Shown here: positions 1 to 11,857 of the stretch, in pieces
Position numbering within the stretch: position 1 is the first letter of the stretch
Layout of the letters: each line of letters starts with the position of its first letter
DNA from: Chiloscyllium plagiosum
Taxonomy: Eukaryota
NCBI RefSeq assembly: GCF_004010195.1
Contig: NC_057719.1
Coordinates: 40,996,969 to 41,049,014 of the forward strand
Direction of reading: 5' to 3'
DNA length: 52,046 bases
The notes under the pieces: model-generated
What the model was told of the DNA's origin: nothing
Seen by the model: the letters and a program-made list of their open reading frames with translations, nothing else
Database searches by the model: none
Translations under genes and position numbers: made by a program

Positions 1-349
1 CATGATGCTTCTGCATTTCAGTTTGCACTTCACCAGCAGCTATCATTGTAATGGTGCAAAGAGGACATTATATGATCAGGGACACACAGTCAGTTCATGG
101 ATTGGATCAGGCTGTTTCTTTGGGTTTTCTGATTTCTGTCAAAGTGCACACTCACTCTGAGCCTTACCTTGCCTTTTTGCACATTGCCCCCTCAGCCGTA
201 TGTACATCTGTCCTGCTGAGCTATTTAGAGTAGACACATAGCCAGCAAGCTTGCCACAGTTGTCAGCAGGCTTCAGTCCAGTCAAGGGCCATAGCCTTTG
301 CTCAGGATATCCTGGCATAGTCAAGAATTTTCGCCAATACCTATTGAGG

Positions 350-943
350 CCTTGCTTAGGGAGGCCAGAGTCAGCATATACTCTTCATAAAGTGTGAGGA
401 GCTGAATAATGGGCAGCCCACCAGCTGTCATGACCATTTCTGCTTTACTGGGTTCTGTTCACCTCCTGGAAGAGAGAGGCAAATATTTTGGGAGATGAAA
501 GTGAGTGCTGCAGTTGGTGCTGTTAGTGCAGGTAGGGATGTGTCCCAAACAAGTGAGTGGACAGTGTAGAGGATGTGTGGGGTTAATGGTGCCACAGATT
601 TGATGCAGATAACCTCAATAGTGAGAATGGCAAGGCATAAGCCTTAGTGGGAAGTCGGTGCAGTAGGAGAAAGACAGACAGAGAGAGAGACAGATAGAGA
701 GACAGAGACAGAGTGAGGTAATAGGGAAAAGATGGTAGAACATACCCTGGTGGAGTAGAGAAGTTCACTGACCTTCTTCCCATAGTGCTGGCCAGTCCTC
801 TAGATGACTGAGACTGCTTCAACTTTGATGCTTCCTTGGCACTGCTGGTCCTATGGATAGAAATCCTACATGTTCACCACTCCATTTAGTAGGGCATCTA
901 GTATCATGCCCACAAAGCACAGTGCTGGATTTTGTCCTTCATC
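350..943 (-). pseudogene. Decayed two-exon Myb/SANT-like (Harbinger ORF1 / NAIF1-type) gene
   Basis: Minus strand 943-746 reads in one frame DEGQNPALCFVGMILDALLNGVVNM*DFYP*DQQ...VEAVSVI*RTGQHYGKKVSELLYSTR, then a GTATG donor at 745. A ctctctcttccAG acceptor ends at 466, followed after a frameshift by SKAEMVMTAGGLPIIQLLTLYEEYMLTLA, resembling the TGGG motif that follows Myb_DNA-bind_5 domains. Multiple stops. Confidence 0.55.
674..715. repeat. (GA)n/(GACA)n microsatellite
   Basis: gacagacagagagagacagatagagagacagagacagag. Confidence 0.8.
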
Positions 944-2689
944 TGAAACACTCTGGACAAATATCAGGAACTGCACATGGCAGCTCCAGCCTGACAGATC
1001 TTCTCTGATTGCAAGCTGACCTGTTTAGGACTGCACTGGGGTTAGAGGTGCAGGGATGTTCTGGAATCCTGAGTAGTGAGTTGCTCTGGAAATGCATATG
1101 GTAAGTTTGGCAAAGTCGTGCATAATATTTGCCATAGGGCTAAAAGGGCAAGAAGTGCAATGTGTTTGGTAAGACTTGGCAGGAAATCCCATCCTGTCTT
1201 GCTGTAAGATTCACTCTGCAAATCTTGACATGATTTGAAATTAGCTGAAAAACTTTAAGATTCAGGCCATTGTGTTTATAAAGCATATGGGCCTCAAGAT
1301 GTCCCAAAGCACTTCATAATCAATGAAATATATTTGTTTTGTGGTCACTGTTTTAATTTGTGCCCTCAACTCCTTGCAATACATATCATCCAACTTCCTT
1401 GTAAAACTCCCTTGTGCCTTAGATGGCCTATAACTACAATACTTTCTTGGCTCACTTGCTATGTCTTCCAATTTTGGCCATTCATCTCCCCTGCTGAATA
1501 TTTATGTCTGGATTCCAACCCCCAGGCAAGTTAGTTTAAATCCTCCCCAAGTGCACGGGCAAATCTCCCCAGCGTGACACTGTGTTACAAGTTTTGCAAG
1601 CATGAGCTAGATATGGTCAAGTACCTTGCTTGTTCCAAATAGGCAAAGGGACATGTTTGATGTGATCCACCAAGCTTTGGGATGTTTGGTTTATATATCT
1701 GGCGTCACACCAGCACTGAAATTCATATATGCTTTTACTCATTTTTGTGATTGACAGAACAGACAAGCTAAAAAGACAAATTTTGTCAATGTATTTTATG
1801 GCAATACTAAAATCCCATACGACAAAGAACTATTTTATGTTAGTTGCTTTAGATTTGGGATGTCTTCCCATTTTCATGTCTTTCCTCTTACGGTTGTTTT
1901 AATTTGATTGGAGTTGGAGGGATTTACAAAATGTTGAATATTTCCTGTGATCTGGCAGAATTTTTAGCCACTGCTCATTAACATTCAAATATAGGATTTT
2001 ATAGTTCAGTTGAGAATTGGGGAGTGTGCATTAGTGCCACCAGTGAGTCAATCAGTGATACTAATAACATGTTTGAAGGAGTAATGAAAGGTATGCTATG
2101 CATGTTTTGCGTTACCTTATAGTAGTGCTAGACTGAACAAGGCGGCCTGTGTAAGTAAACAAATACGCACAGATTTTGCAAACTTCCTCAAGGTGCTGAA
2201 TCCTTTTACAGCTCTGTGAATTTGACCTCCTTTATTGCATAAAAAGTATTAGCCTGTTTGATAAAATCTTCCTAGGCAACACTCTGTGGTGAGATGGTTA
2301 CCATGATTAAAAATGACCTCCTTACTACTTGCTCAGCATGGCATCCAGTGAATTATCTGAATAAATGTGCAGATGATCTCCATGGAGCTTGCAGGCCCCT
2401 AGCAGAAGAATCACTTTCAAGAACAGGCAGGGAAACGAACATGCTAGGGAGCTGCACATGTCAAAGGAAATTGAGATGTTGTGATTGGTTCCTGCACTCT
2501 CCTTACTTTTATGTAATTTCAAATATAACTTTTATAAGGTTGCTGTTTTTACATTTCCTACTCTTCTTGTAAGTATTTCTCTCTGTTAAAGCGATTTCAT
2601 TTCTGCCATTGGTCTTCCATGGCTGCTAGTTTTCATCAAATGCAAATATGTTCAGCTTTGTTACCTTTCACACCTATTCATACCAGGAT

Positions 2690-3017
2690 GCATGCAGCTC
2701 TAACAACACTTGACTCCCTTCCCTATCAGTGCAGCACCTACAAAAAACACTGCAATTGCTCATCAAGTATCCTTTTGTCAGCACTTTCCAACCCTGTGAC
2801 CTCTACCATCTAGAAGGTCTCAGGTGACAGACACATGGTAACATCACCACCTTCCTCAATTGGAATCTTAGTGTTGTTCCTTCACTGTCACTGGGTCAAA
2901 ACCCTTCCCTCTCTAACAACAGCACCATGTGTGCATGTACTTTAAATCGACTGTGTCACACCCTACTAGGGCACTCGGGGATGAGCAGTAAATGATGGCC
3001 CATGGACAACTGAAAAA
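2690..3017 (+). mobile_element. Old 3' fragment of CR1/L2-group LINE (GGGATGGGCAATAAATG-tail family)
   Basis: Degenerate match to the copies at 12735-13290 and 20118-22269 (gttccttcactgtcactgggtcaaaa, ggggatgagcagtaaatg, A tail). Confidence 0.6.
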
Positions 3018-5105
3018 AAGGCTTTATTTTCAACTATTGTCAAGATTACAAGCTCCTCTGATTTGCTGTCTGCATCTTCTTTGAAGTTACATGTTAGACA
3101 GTACTCTTTGTGAATGATACCAATATATTGTTACAATCTGTAATCAGTATCTCATCCTGGTTTTCTTTTATAATATTAATACATCTGTTATAAAGGAGGT
3201 TGACAAGTTGTGCTGCCTCTTGTGCAAACACTTTTCATTTCAAGTACAACCAATACGTCCTGTTTGTTGGAACAATGACAATGATTGCTTGCAACAAGAA
3301 ATTGTATCATGGTATGTTTATAGTTATTCCAGAGGATGGGTTCAAGATTGCCAGCATATATAACAAGATAAGTAAGCATCAGTGGGAGTGAACAAAGTGA
3401 CATCTGAGAAGAACAGTTTTATTATCTGCATTCTAATTCTTGTCTCTTGGAGAATAGGGAAGTCTGATGCTGACTACAAATCCTGTGGCTGACAGATACT
3501 ATGGAGGGTGCAGGTAGCTGGCTCAGTTTGTCCACTCGGGAGAAATAGGTATCTGGCCAAATATCTTTATAAGACTTCACTTCTTCCTAGTTATACCCTG
3601 AACAATACATATGAATAGAAAAACAAACTAATTAAAATTCACTCTTCTTTAGATGTCAAACCAATTTTCCTACTTAAGATTGAGTTACTGACATATTTAG
3701 AGAGGTGATCGCCTCCAAGTTGCAACCACACCTAGTGGGAAAGATCAGTTGCTTTAAATTTCTATTACATTTTTCATGCAATAAAATGCATTTCTTTTTT
3801 TTTTGTTCAGGTTTTACCAGAATTGTTTCTGCAGTCACAATTTTCTCAAGTGCAAAGTACAGGCATACATAAGGCAGGGGATAACGGTTTGGTCCATTTT
3901 ACTCTCAATACGTGAGCCTACAGTAGTTTTGTGTCTTTTATGACTAGACATTAAGCTCAGTCAGTTACTGTGGCTTAAGGTGGCACAATTCTCAGTTATC
4001 TATCATTCAACAGCAAACAAAGCTTTTAACATTTAACACTCACTACAGTTGATGTGGTGGATCAATAGAATCAATCTATTACCAGGAGGAATTATGGTCA
4101 CTGTCAGCGAGGCCAACATGTTGATGGTGATAAAGGGACAATGTTATGATCGCGGGCACTATTTTATAACACCAGGTTGTGAATAACACCCTGGAGAGCT
4201 ACAGAACTGTCTCTAACATAGTGACGACTGCCTAGGACACCTGCTTCCATTCTCTTTATGTACAAAAACTCTAGCATTGGCAAATTTTGGGAAGTAAAGT
4301 ATGAGGTAGAGCAAGGTATCATACAGAAAACAGCAGAAGGATTTTAATTTTATTTCAACTGTATTTCAGTGGCAAAGATAATATGTCATTCCTAGTTTAA
4401 GACATTACTTTTCATTACAGCAGGTCACAGAAAACTTTGAGGAACTTCTGGGAGATTCGGATCACAAAGGTCAGGTCAAGAAGACCATTGTAAAGGGAAC
4501 TGACCTCTACAGTCTCAAGTGGCTGCTTGGTTATAGTTATTGAAATCTGAGATGCCAATGCTAATGAAACTGTTAATTATATTAAGATGTAATGGATCAG
4601 TTAATTATACCAGACATTGTGTGGAGGATTCTGGTTAGGAGTTGTGTTGAGGTAGATATGCCGTGACAGCTGTTCTACTCTTACTTTGGAGTGCTGTGAT
4701 TCCTGCAGTTTAACTATGTGCTGCTACACCATTCTATCAAGGAGTAATTGTTTTCCCATGTTATAGCCAGTGTAGCTGCAGCAACAATCTCACTGAATTG
4801 TCAGTGACTATTTTAGATCACAGCAAACATGTTCGATGGATAGTTTACTCACAATTGATACTTTTCAGATGTTAGGGGAAGGAAGCCATGTCTGAGATTA
4901 TTGGGTTTGTCTTGTTTGCCCTTGTTTCACATTTCTGGTAACCAATCAGGCATTAATGTTTAAACAGCTAAATAAAACAAGGGAAGGAGGTGCCAAAATG
5001 GTCTCCTCCATTATTCTCTTTCTTGTACACTGATCATATATTGAAACAATATCAGCAACAACTTGCATTTACACTGTATCTTGAATGTAATAAAATATCA
5101 GTAAA

Positions 5106-5375
5106 GCGACAGTATAGTGGTATTAGTGCTGAACTATTAATCCAGAGACCCAGATAATGTCCTGAGACTTGAGTTTGAATCACATCATAGCAGAAGGTGG
5201 AATTTGAATTTGAATTTGAATTTGGTTCACGAACACCTGTTAAGTAGAGAACTATGCTGTCCTTACCTGGTCTGGCCTACACGTGACCCACACTAATGTG
5301 TTTGACTCTTAGGAATGGGAAATAAATGCTAGTCTAACTCAGGATGCCCACATGTTGTGAATTAATGTTTTAAAA
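5106..5375 (+). mobile_element. tRNA-derived SINE sharing its 3' tail with the CR1/L2-group LINE
   Basis: A-box-like tatagtggtattag, B-box-like gagtttgaatc, body ccttacctggtctggcctacacgtgac, tail ggaatgggaaataaatgct...gatgcccacat. Confidence 0.65.
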
Positions 5376-5420
5376 ATCACAGAGTGTTTCACAAATGAAA
5401 GTGCAATCTTGAGCCCGGTA

Positions 5421-7405
5421 CGCTCCCAGATTAACGAGTTCAACACGCGGCGTGACATCGAATAATTCTTCCGCCGCCTTCGCCTCCGTGCCTACTTCTT
5501 CAACCAGGATTCTCGCCCACCCTCTGACAACCCCTTCTCCCACCTCCAACACACCCCATCCACCTGGACACCCCGTGCTGGCCTCTTAACTGCCCTCGAT
5601 CTCTTCATAGCCAACTGCCGCCGCGACATTGACCGCCTGAACCTGTCCACCCCTCTCACCCACTCCAACCTCTCACCTTCGCAAGCCATGACCCCACCTC
5701 CCACCACCATACCATCATCTCCCAGACCATCCATAACCTCATCACCTCAGGGGATCTCCCATCCACCGTCCCACAACCCCGCATCGCTCGTTTCTACCTC
5801 CTGCCCAAAATCCACAAACCTGACTGCCCCGGCCGACTCATTGTCTCAGCCTGCTCCTGCCCCACCAAAATCATCTCTGCATACCTCAACACGGTCCTGT
5901 CCCCCTTAGTCCAAGAACCCCCCATCTATGTTCGGGACACCATATACGCCCTCCACCTCCTTCATGATTTTCGCTTCCCTGGCCCCCAACGCCTTATCTT
6001 CACCATGGACATCCAGTCCCTATACACCTCCATCCCCCATTACAAAGACCTCAAAGCCCTCTGCTTCTTCCTTTCCTGCCGACCCAACCAGTACCCTTCC
6101 ACTGATACCCTCCTTCGGCTGACTGAACTGGTCCTCACTCTGAACAACTTCTCTTTCCAATCCTCCCACTTCCTCCAAACCAAAGGAGTAGCCATGGGCA
6201 CCCGCATGGGCCCCAGCTATGCCTACCTCTTCGTCGGATATGTGGAACAGTCCATCTTCCGCAGCTACACTGGCACCACCCCCCACCTTTTCCTCTGCTA
6301 CATTGATGACTGTATCGGTGCTGCCTTGTGCTCCCACGAGGAGATTGAACAGTTCATCAACTTTACTAACACCTTCCAACCCAACCTCAAATTTACCTGG
6401 ACCGTCTCAGACTCCTCCCTCCTCTTCCTGGACCTCTCCATTTCTATATCGGGTGACCGACTCAACACGGACATTCACTATAAGCCGACCGACTCCCACA
6501 GCTACCGAGATTACACTTCCTCCCACCCTGCCCCCTGTAAAAACGCCATCCCATATTCCCAATTCCTTCGCCTCCGCTGCATCTGCTCCCAGGAGGACCA
6601 ATTCCAACATCGAACAACCCTACGGTCTCCTTCTTCAAAGACCGCAATTTCTCCTCAGACGTGGTTGACGATGCTCTCCACCGCATCTCCTCCACTTCCC
6701 GCTCCTCTGCCCTTGAACCCCGCCCCTCCAATTGCCACCAGGGCAGAGCCCCCCAGGTCCTTACCTACCACCCCACCAACCTCCAGATACATCGTATCAT
6801 CCTTCGTCATTTCCGCCACCTCCAAACAGACCCTACCACCAAGGATATATTTCCCTCCCCACCCCTATCAGTGTTCCAGAAAGACCACTCCCTCCATGAC
6901 TCCCTCGTCAGGTCCACAACCCCCACACCCCGGCACCTTTCCCTGCAACCGCAAGAAATGCAAAACTTGCGCCCACACCTCCCCCCTCACTTCCCTCCAA
7001 GGACCCAAGGGATCCTACCATATCCGTCACAAATTCACCTGCACCTCCACACACATCATTTACTGCATCCATTGCACCCGATGTGGCCTTCTCTACATTG
7101 GGAAGACAGGCCGCATACTTGCGGAATGTTTCAGAGAACACCTCTGGAACACCCGCATCAACCAACCCAACCGCCCTGTGGTTGAACACTTTAACTCCCC
7201 CTCCCACTCTGCCAAGGACATGCAGGTCCTTGGCCTCCTCCATCGCCAGACCATGGCAACACGACACCTGGAGGAAGAGTGCCTCATCTTCCGCCTAGGA
7301 ACCCTCCAACCACAAGGGATGAATGCAGATTTCTCCAGCTTCCTTATTTCCCCTCCTACAACCTTATCTCAGTCCCAACCCTCGGACTCAGCACCGCCTT
7401 CTTGA
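5421..7405 (+). pseudogene. Disrupted PLE reverse transcriptase / GIY-YIG endonuclease ORF
   Basis: TAA at 5463. Internal deletion and frameshift near 5684 (the usual KPADKG motif is absent). Open frame from about 5687 through the RT core. Compensating frameshifts near 6620 and 6925: the linker reads in the 6661..7185 frame (DDALHRIS...LTYHPTNLQI). Confidence 0.9.
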
Positions 7406-7557
7406 CCTGCAATCTTCTCCCCGACCTCTCCGCCTCCACGCCCTCTCCGGCCTATCACCCTCACCTTAACCTCCTTCCACCTATCGCATTCCCAACGCCC
7501 CTCCCCCAAGTCCCTTCTCCTTACCTTTTACCTTAGCCTGCTTGGCACACCCTCCTC

Positions 7558-7593
7558 ATTCCTGAAGAAGGGCTTATGCCCGAAACGTCGATT
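7558..7593 (+). ncRNA. Minimal hammerhead ribozyme motif in PLE terminal repeat (core intact)
   Basis: CTGAAGA(7562-7568) A GGGC TTAT GCCC GAAA(7582-7585) C GTC. Loop-less palindromic ACGU stem III, predicted cleavage after GUC at 7589. Stem I is very short. Confidence 0.8.
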
Positions 7594-8351
7594 CTCCTGC
7601 TCCTTGGTTGCTGCCTGACCTGCTGCACTTTTCCAGCAACACATTTTTCAGCCCCGGTAAGGTGATATCAGATGACGTGATCTAATAGAGATGGTTTTTG
7701 AGGCAAGTTTCTTGAAGTAGGAAAGTGAGATAGAGAGGCAAAGGGTTCTTATACTGGGACTTATACAGTTGAAATCACAGCTATCAATGGCAGAGAAATT
7801 AAAACTGTAGCTGCAACAAGGCCAGAAATAAGGAACGCAGATATATCTCAGAATGTTGTGAGGTTGGAAGGATTACAAGGATAGGGAAAATGAGATTATG
7901 AAGAGATTTGAACAAAAAATAAATGAGAATTTTAAAATCAAAACATTTCTTGATGGGGAGCCCATGCAGTGAGCACAGTGGGGTTTTGTGAACAGGACTA
8001 ATCACAAATTAAATGATGGGCTACAGAATATTGACCTCAAAAATGTCAGAGAGTAGGTAGGAGTATGTTAGAATATTTGAGTCCACAGTTAACGTAGGCA
8101 CGAATGAGGTTACCGCAGCAGATGAGCCAAGGACGGGTGAAAACAAGTCATGTTACAGAGGTGGAAAAATGTGGTCTTAGTGAAAGGACAAATATGGGCT
8201 CAGAAGTTCATTTCCAGTTTGAATGGGACCAAGGTTGTAAACAGATTAATTTGAGTCTGCTGTCAAGGTAAAGAGTGGAATCGATGGTTAGACAGTAAAG
8301 TCAGGAGCAGGGACCAAAAACATTCTTTGTGATGGACCTTGAAATCAATGT

Positions 8352-8552
8352 TGATTGTCAGAAAAACCCATCTGGTTCAATAATGTCCCTGATGGAAGGA
8401 AACTGCCTTCCTTATCTTCTCTGGCCTACATATGATTCCAGAAACCACATAAATGTGGTTAACTCTGAACTGCTCTCTTGGGCAATTAGGGATGGGGAGT
8501 AAAAGCTGTCCTGGCCAGCAATGCCCACATCCTATGACTGAATTTTAAAAAA
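8352..8552 (+). mobile_element. 3' part of the same tRNA-SINE family as 5106-5375
   Basis: aaaacccatctggttc...ctggcctacatatgattccag...gggcaattagggatgggg...gccagcaatgcccacatcc. Confidence 0.7.
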
Positions 8553-9515
8553 TGAGAACATTGGAAATGTACAATTGTTATGATTGTCAAAGACATTGAT
8601 GCAGTTCAGAAAGCTATTTAGATTTCCAGTGATTGACTAGAATAATCATTTCATGATTTTAAAGTTTTATAACTTTTACTGTGATAAGCCAACTAATAAT
8701 AATGTTGATTAAATACTGTTTCAGTAAGTAACTTAAATAAAACTATTCTAGCAGTAATAATATTTGTTAGAATCATTAATGCTGTTCACTTTCCATAAAC
8801 CTTTACTATCTTTAGCAGAGAATTCCAAATTCACAGTCTGGTTGACAACTTAGAGATGTTGTTAGCTATATTTGATGTGAGATTATGAATTCATGTTGGC
8901 TTGCTTAAATAGAGAATTAAATACATAAAGGTTATTCAAAATTTTTGAATGGATTTTCATGAATTAAAAAATAGAAGTTTTCTTCAGCTATATTAAAGTC
9001 GAGATGAAATATTTAAACATAGAGACAAAACTGTTTCTTTTATTTGATAGTATGCAACATATTCCAAATAGCCATTTCCAAATCAACATAAATGTTAACG
9101 AGTGTGTTGCCACAGTAAGCCAGGCCCCTTGGTTAGTTTAGCTGTCTAGCTAACAGATGCCAATAGCATAAACTCAATCCCCATTCTGGCTGAAGGGATT
9201 TCAAGGCCTTGTCCTCCCTGTGGTGGTAATTGTATGGCTGTGGTTTGCACTTACCTTAGTGCAAAGATGAGTTTGTTTAACCTTAACATGACTCCTGAGG
9301 TCTTCCCATGGTGGATACTGAGAGAACTGGTGTGGAGGGAGTAAGAGCAAGGATGATGGATGAGTGGGCATTAAATTGGCATAAGGGGCTATTGGGAATG
9401 GGTGGGAGGGTATTGCCTGGGGTGAATGGAGCATGGGAAGTGGATGGAATTTAAGAGGTTATAATGGTTGAGGCCAGAGGGCCTAACATCTGACAAAGCA
9501 ACCAAGCTACACCAT

Positions 9516-9768
9516 TTTAGATTACTTAGATTACTTAGATTAGATTAGATTACTTACAGTGTGGAAGCAGGCACTTCGACCCAACAAGTCCACACCGACC
9601 CATTCCCCTGTATTTACCCCTTCTTCTAACACTACGGGCAATTTAGCATGGCCAATTCACCTAACCTGCACATTTTTGGATTGTGGGAGGAAACCGGAGC
9701 ATCTGGAGGAAACCCACGTGGACACGGGGAGAATGTGCAAACTCCACACAGAGAGTCGCCTGAGGCGG
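9516..9768 (-). mobile_element. HE1-like V-SINE, 5'-truncated, with (TTAGATTAC)n-type tail
   Basis: V-domain gggaggaaaccggagcatctggaggaaacccac...aatgtgcaaactccacacag, CR1-like tail and tandem ttagattac. Confidence 0.85.
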
Positions 9769-10089
9769 TTTTAAACAGCACTTTCGAGCCACTTTGGCTG
9801 CCTCCAACCTGCGTTTGGTGGTGACTGCCCTGACGCCACCTAATAAACACCACTCCCTGACCGCAGAGTGAATATCCTGTCATTTCGGGAAGTACCACCT
9901 GGTTGTGGGTGCAACAAACCAAAAGATTTCCTGAATTGGGCTTCATGCCTTGTGAATGAGAATTTGGGCCTTATTTGCTGAGGCATATCTTGTTTCCTTA
10001 TTCCTCCTACCAAAATATACCTCATCACACTATGCTACTGTTAATTTGCAAATGACATGCACATTCTGTTAACTGTTTCCTGCAATTTG

Positions 10090-10335
10090 GTGCGGTTATC
10101 TTCTGTATTAACTCTCCCTTACAATTTGTCATAGTCTGCAAGTTTTGAAATTATACTTCTGACTCCTGAGTCTAAATCATTTATACAAATTGTAAACGAC
10201 ATAGGTCCCAGCATTGATCCCTGTGGAATATCACATTCCACTTTTTGCCAGTTTGAGTAGCTGCTGTGATCTCCCTACTCTCTGTTTTCTGTTTCGTAGC
10301 CAGCTTGGTTTTCTACTTGTCCCTAGACTCCATGT
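10090..10335 (-). mobile_element. Old CR1 RT fragment
   Basis: ggtcccagcattgatccctgtggaa (GxPQGSxLGP motif on the minus strand) and gtcatagtctgcaag (near the FADD motif). Confidence 0.6.
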
Positions 10336-10964
10336 GATCATATTGTGATTCAGCAGCATGCTCATATTGGTAGATGATTAGTACTGTATTTCATTGAGGT
10401 GGTGGCTGGGGGGGGGGGTTGGGGAGGGGGGGAGGGTTGTGAGAAGGACAATATAAAGCTATTCAAACTGAGCTTGATGGCAGTCTAACTGACTCTGTAC
10501 TAGTGACCTGTGACTTGTTTTGTCATTCTCATATTCCACTCAAACAGTGCACAAAACCAAATTTATATTGTTCAGTAGTGACCTTAACCCGTAACTAGCA
10601 TGACAAACACAGCAAAGAAAGGAAAACGTAACCCTAATAGAATTAAAATCATTAGGCTGACAGGAAGACAGCATAAAATTGACAAAGACCATCTGCTCCA
10701 TGCACATAACCTGCAGCTATTACCACCAGCTGATGTCAGTCAGTCACATGGACGTTGGAGAAAGCCTAACCCCAGCACATGCTCCTCTCTCACACCCCAG
10801 CAGGCCAATCTAAAAAAAATCCAACAGACAATCTGATTCAAATCCAAACATACTTAATGTAATTCTATTCAGTCCTATTTATTTTTTCTCAATTTACTTG
10901 ATTTTAAAACCAAATTAAATAAAAGAAATCCTTATATTTTGTGAGTTGATAGTTCAGGTTGAGT

Positions 10965-11278
10965 TTAGATTAGATTCTCTACAGTGTAGAAACAGGCCCT
11001 TCGGCACAACAAGTCCACACCGCCCATCTGAAGAGAAACCCACCCAAACCGATTCCCCTACCCTATATTTATCCCTGACAACGCATCTAACCCTGTGGGC
11101 AATTTAGCATGGCCAATTCACCTGACCTGCACATCTTTGGACTGTGGGAGGAAACCGGAGCACCCGGAGGAAACCCACACAAACACGGGGAGAATGTGCA
11201 AACTCCACACAGAGAGGTGCAAATCAAACCCAGGAGCTGTGAGGCAGCAGTGCTAACCACTGAGCCACCGTGCTGCCC
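10965..11278 (-). mobile_element. Near full-length HE1-like V-SINE
   Basis: Minus strand begins GGGCAGCACGGTGGCTCAGTGGTTAGCACTGCTGCCTCACAGC (tRNA-like A box), followed by the V-domain, a CR1-like tail and (AATCT)n. Confidence 0.92.
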
Positions 11279-11857
11279 ATTCTATAATCAGTTGGATGTT
11301 TCCTACATAGCAGCATCTGAAACTGGAAGGACGGAACAGTTTAAAATTGTTTCAAACAAGTCAAAGAGAAGGCCTCTTTAGAACATGGATATTAGGACAA
11401 AATCTTGATTGCTTCTTACATTGTGGTAAGCAGCATTTTGCGGCCGACTAATGACTGTTTTCTCAACTATTATATCATGTGACTCAGCTCATCTATGTGC
11501 TGTCAAATTATGAAGAGTTATTTTTCTTAAGATGATGATAAAGTAATTAAAATGAAGGAGATAGACACGAATGAACACAGAGAAATTTGATTTGAACATA
11601 GACATTCCCTTGTAATTGATGAAAGTAAATATCTCACTGCTCTCCATTAGCTCTGCTCGTGATAATGCAATTTCAAATCTTCATTCTTATAGTTAAGCAC
11701 ATGGCTTTGCATGCCATTGCAATGCAAACAGGTTAGAATGAGCAAATGATGTTAACGTAGAGATAAATGTAATTAAAAAGAAAAAACCTGCAAAAGCAAG
11801 AGAAGTTGGAAACACATAACAGCAACTTGAATTAATATAGTTGCTCAAATGTATAAA

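Larger units (their letters stand above)
1..1268 (-). mobile_element. Decayed PIF/Harbinger-like DNA transposon remnant (runs off the window start)
   Basis: Contains a decayed Myb/SANT-like gene (next feature). Ends in a TIR-like GGCCTGAATCTTA on the minus strand (1256-1268). Boundaries approximate. Confidence 0.45.
5421..7652 (+). mobile_element. Penelope-like retroelement (Neptune-like), 5'-truncated, RT + GIY-YIG, with 3' terminal repeat
   Basis: N-terminal FFRRLRLRAYF...STWTP; RT motifs FYLLPKIHK, DIQSLYTSIP, GVAMGTRMGPSYA and YIDD; Cys linker CNRKKCKTC; GIY-YIG IIYCIHCTRCGLLYIGKTGR...EHFNSPSHS. Candidate 7-bp TSD CCCGGTA at 5414-5420 and 7653-7659. Confidence 0.95.
5056..8330 (-). mobile_element. 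Old L2-type LINE 3' region, interrupted by a SINE (5106-5375) and a PLE (5421-7652)
   Basis: L2-like tail caacttgcattta...aatgtaataaaatatc at 5058. The sequence is continuous across the PLE (gagcccggta|aggtgatatcag) and continues as degenerate L2-like sequence to about 8330. Confidence 0.55.

Noticed and set aside
3245..3311. Possible exon (aag acceptor ... GTATGT donor; VQPIRPVCWNNDND)
   Set aside because: Weak acceptor, no recognisable homology, no partner exons
4421..4543. Possible exon QVTENFEELLGDSDHKG...
   Set aside because: No recognisable protein and no convincing donor
5370..7536. Numerous overlapping and antisense ORFs over the PLE
   Set aside because: Shadow frames of C-rich PLE sequence with no independent protein features
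10407..10436. G-run (G-quadruplex-capable)
   Set aside because: Simple low-complexity tract with no supporting context
11215..11278. tRNA gene
   Set aside because: tRNA-like head of the HE1 SINE; no full cloverleaf or terminator
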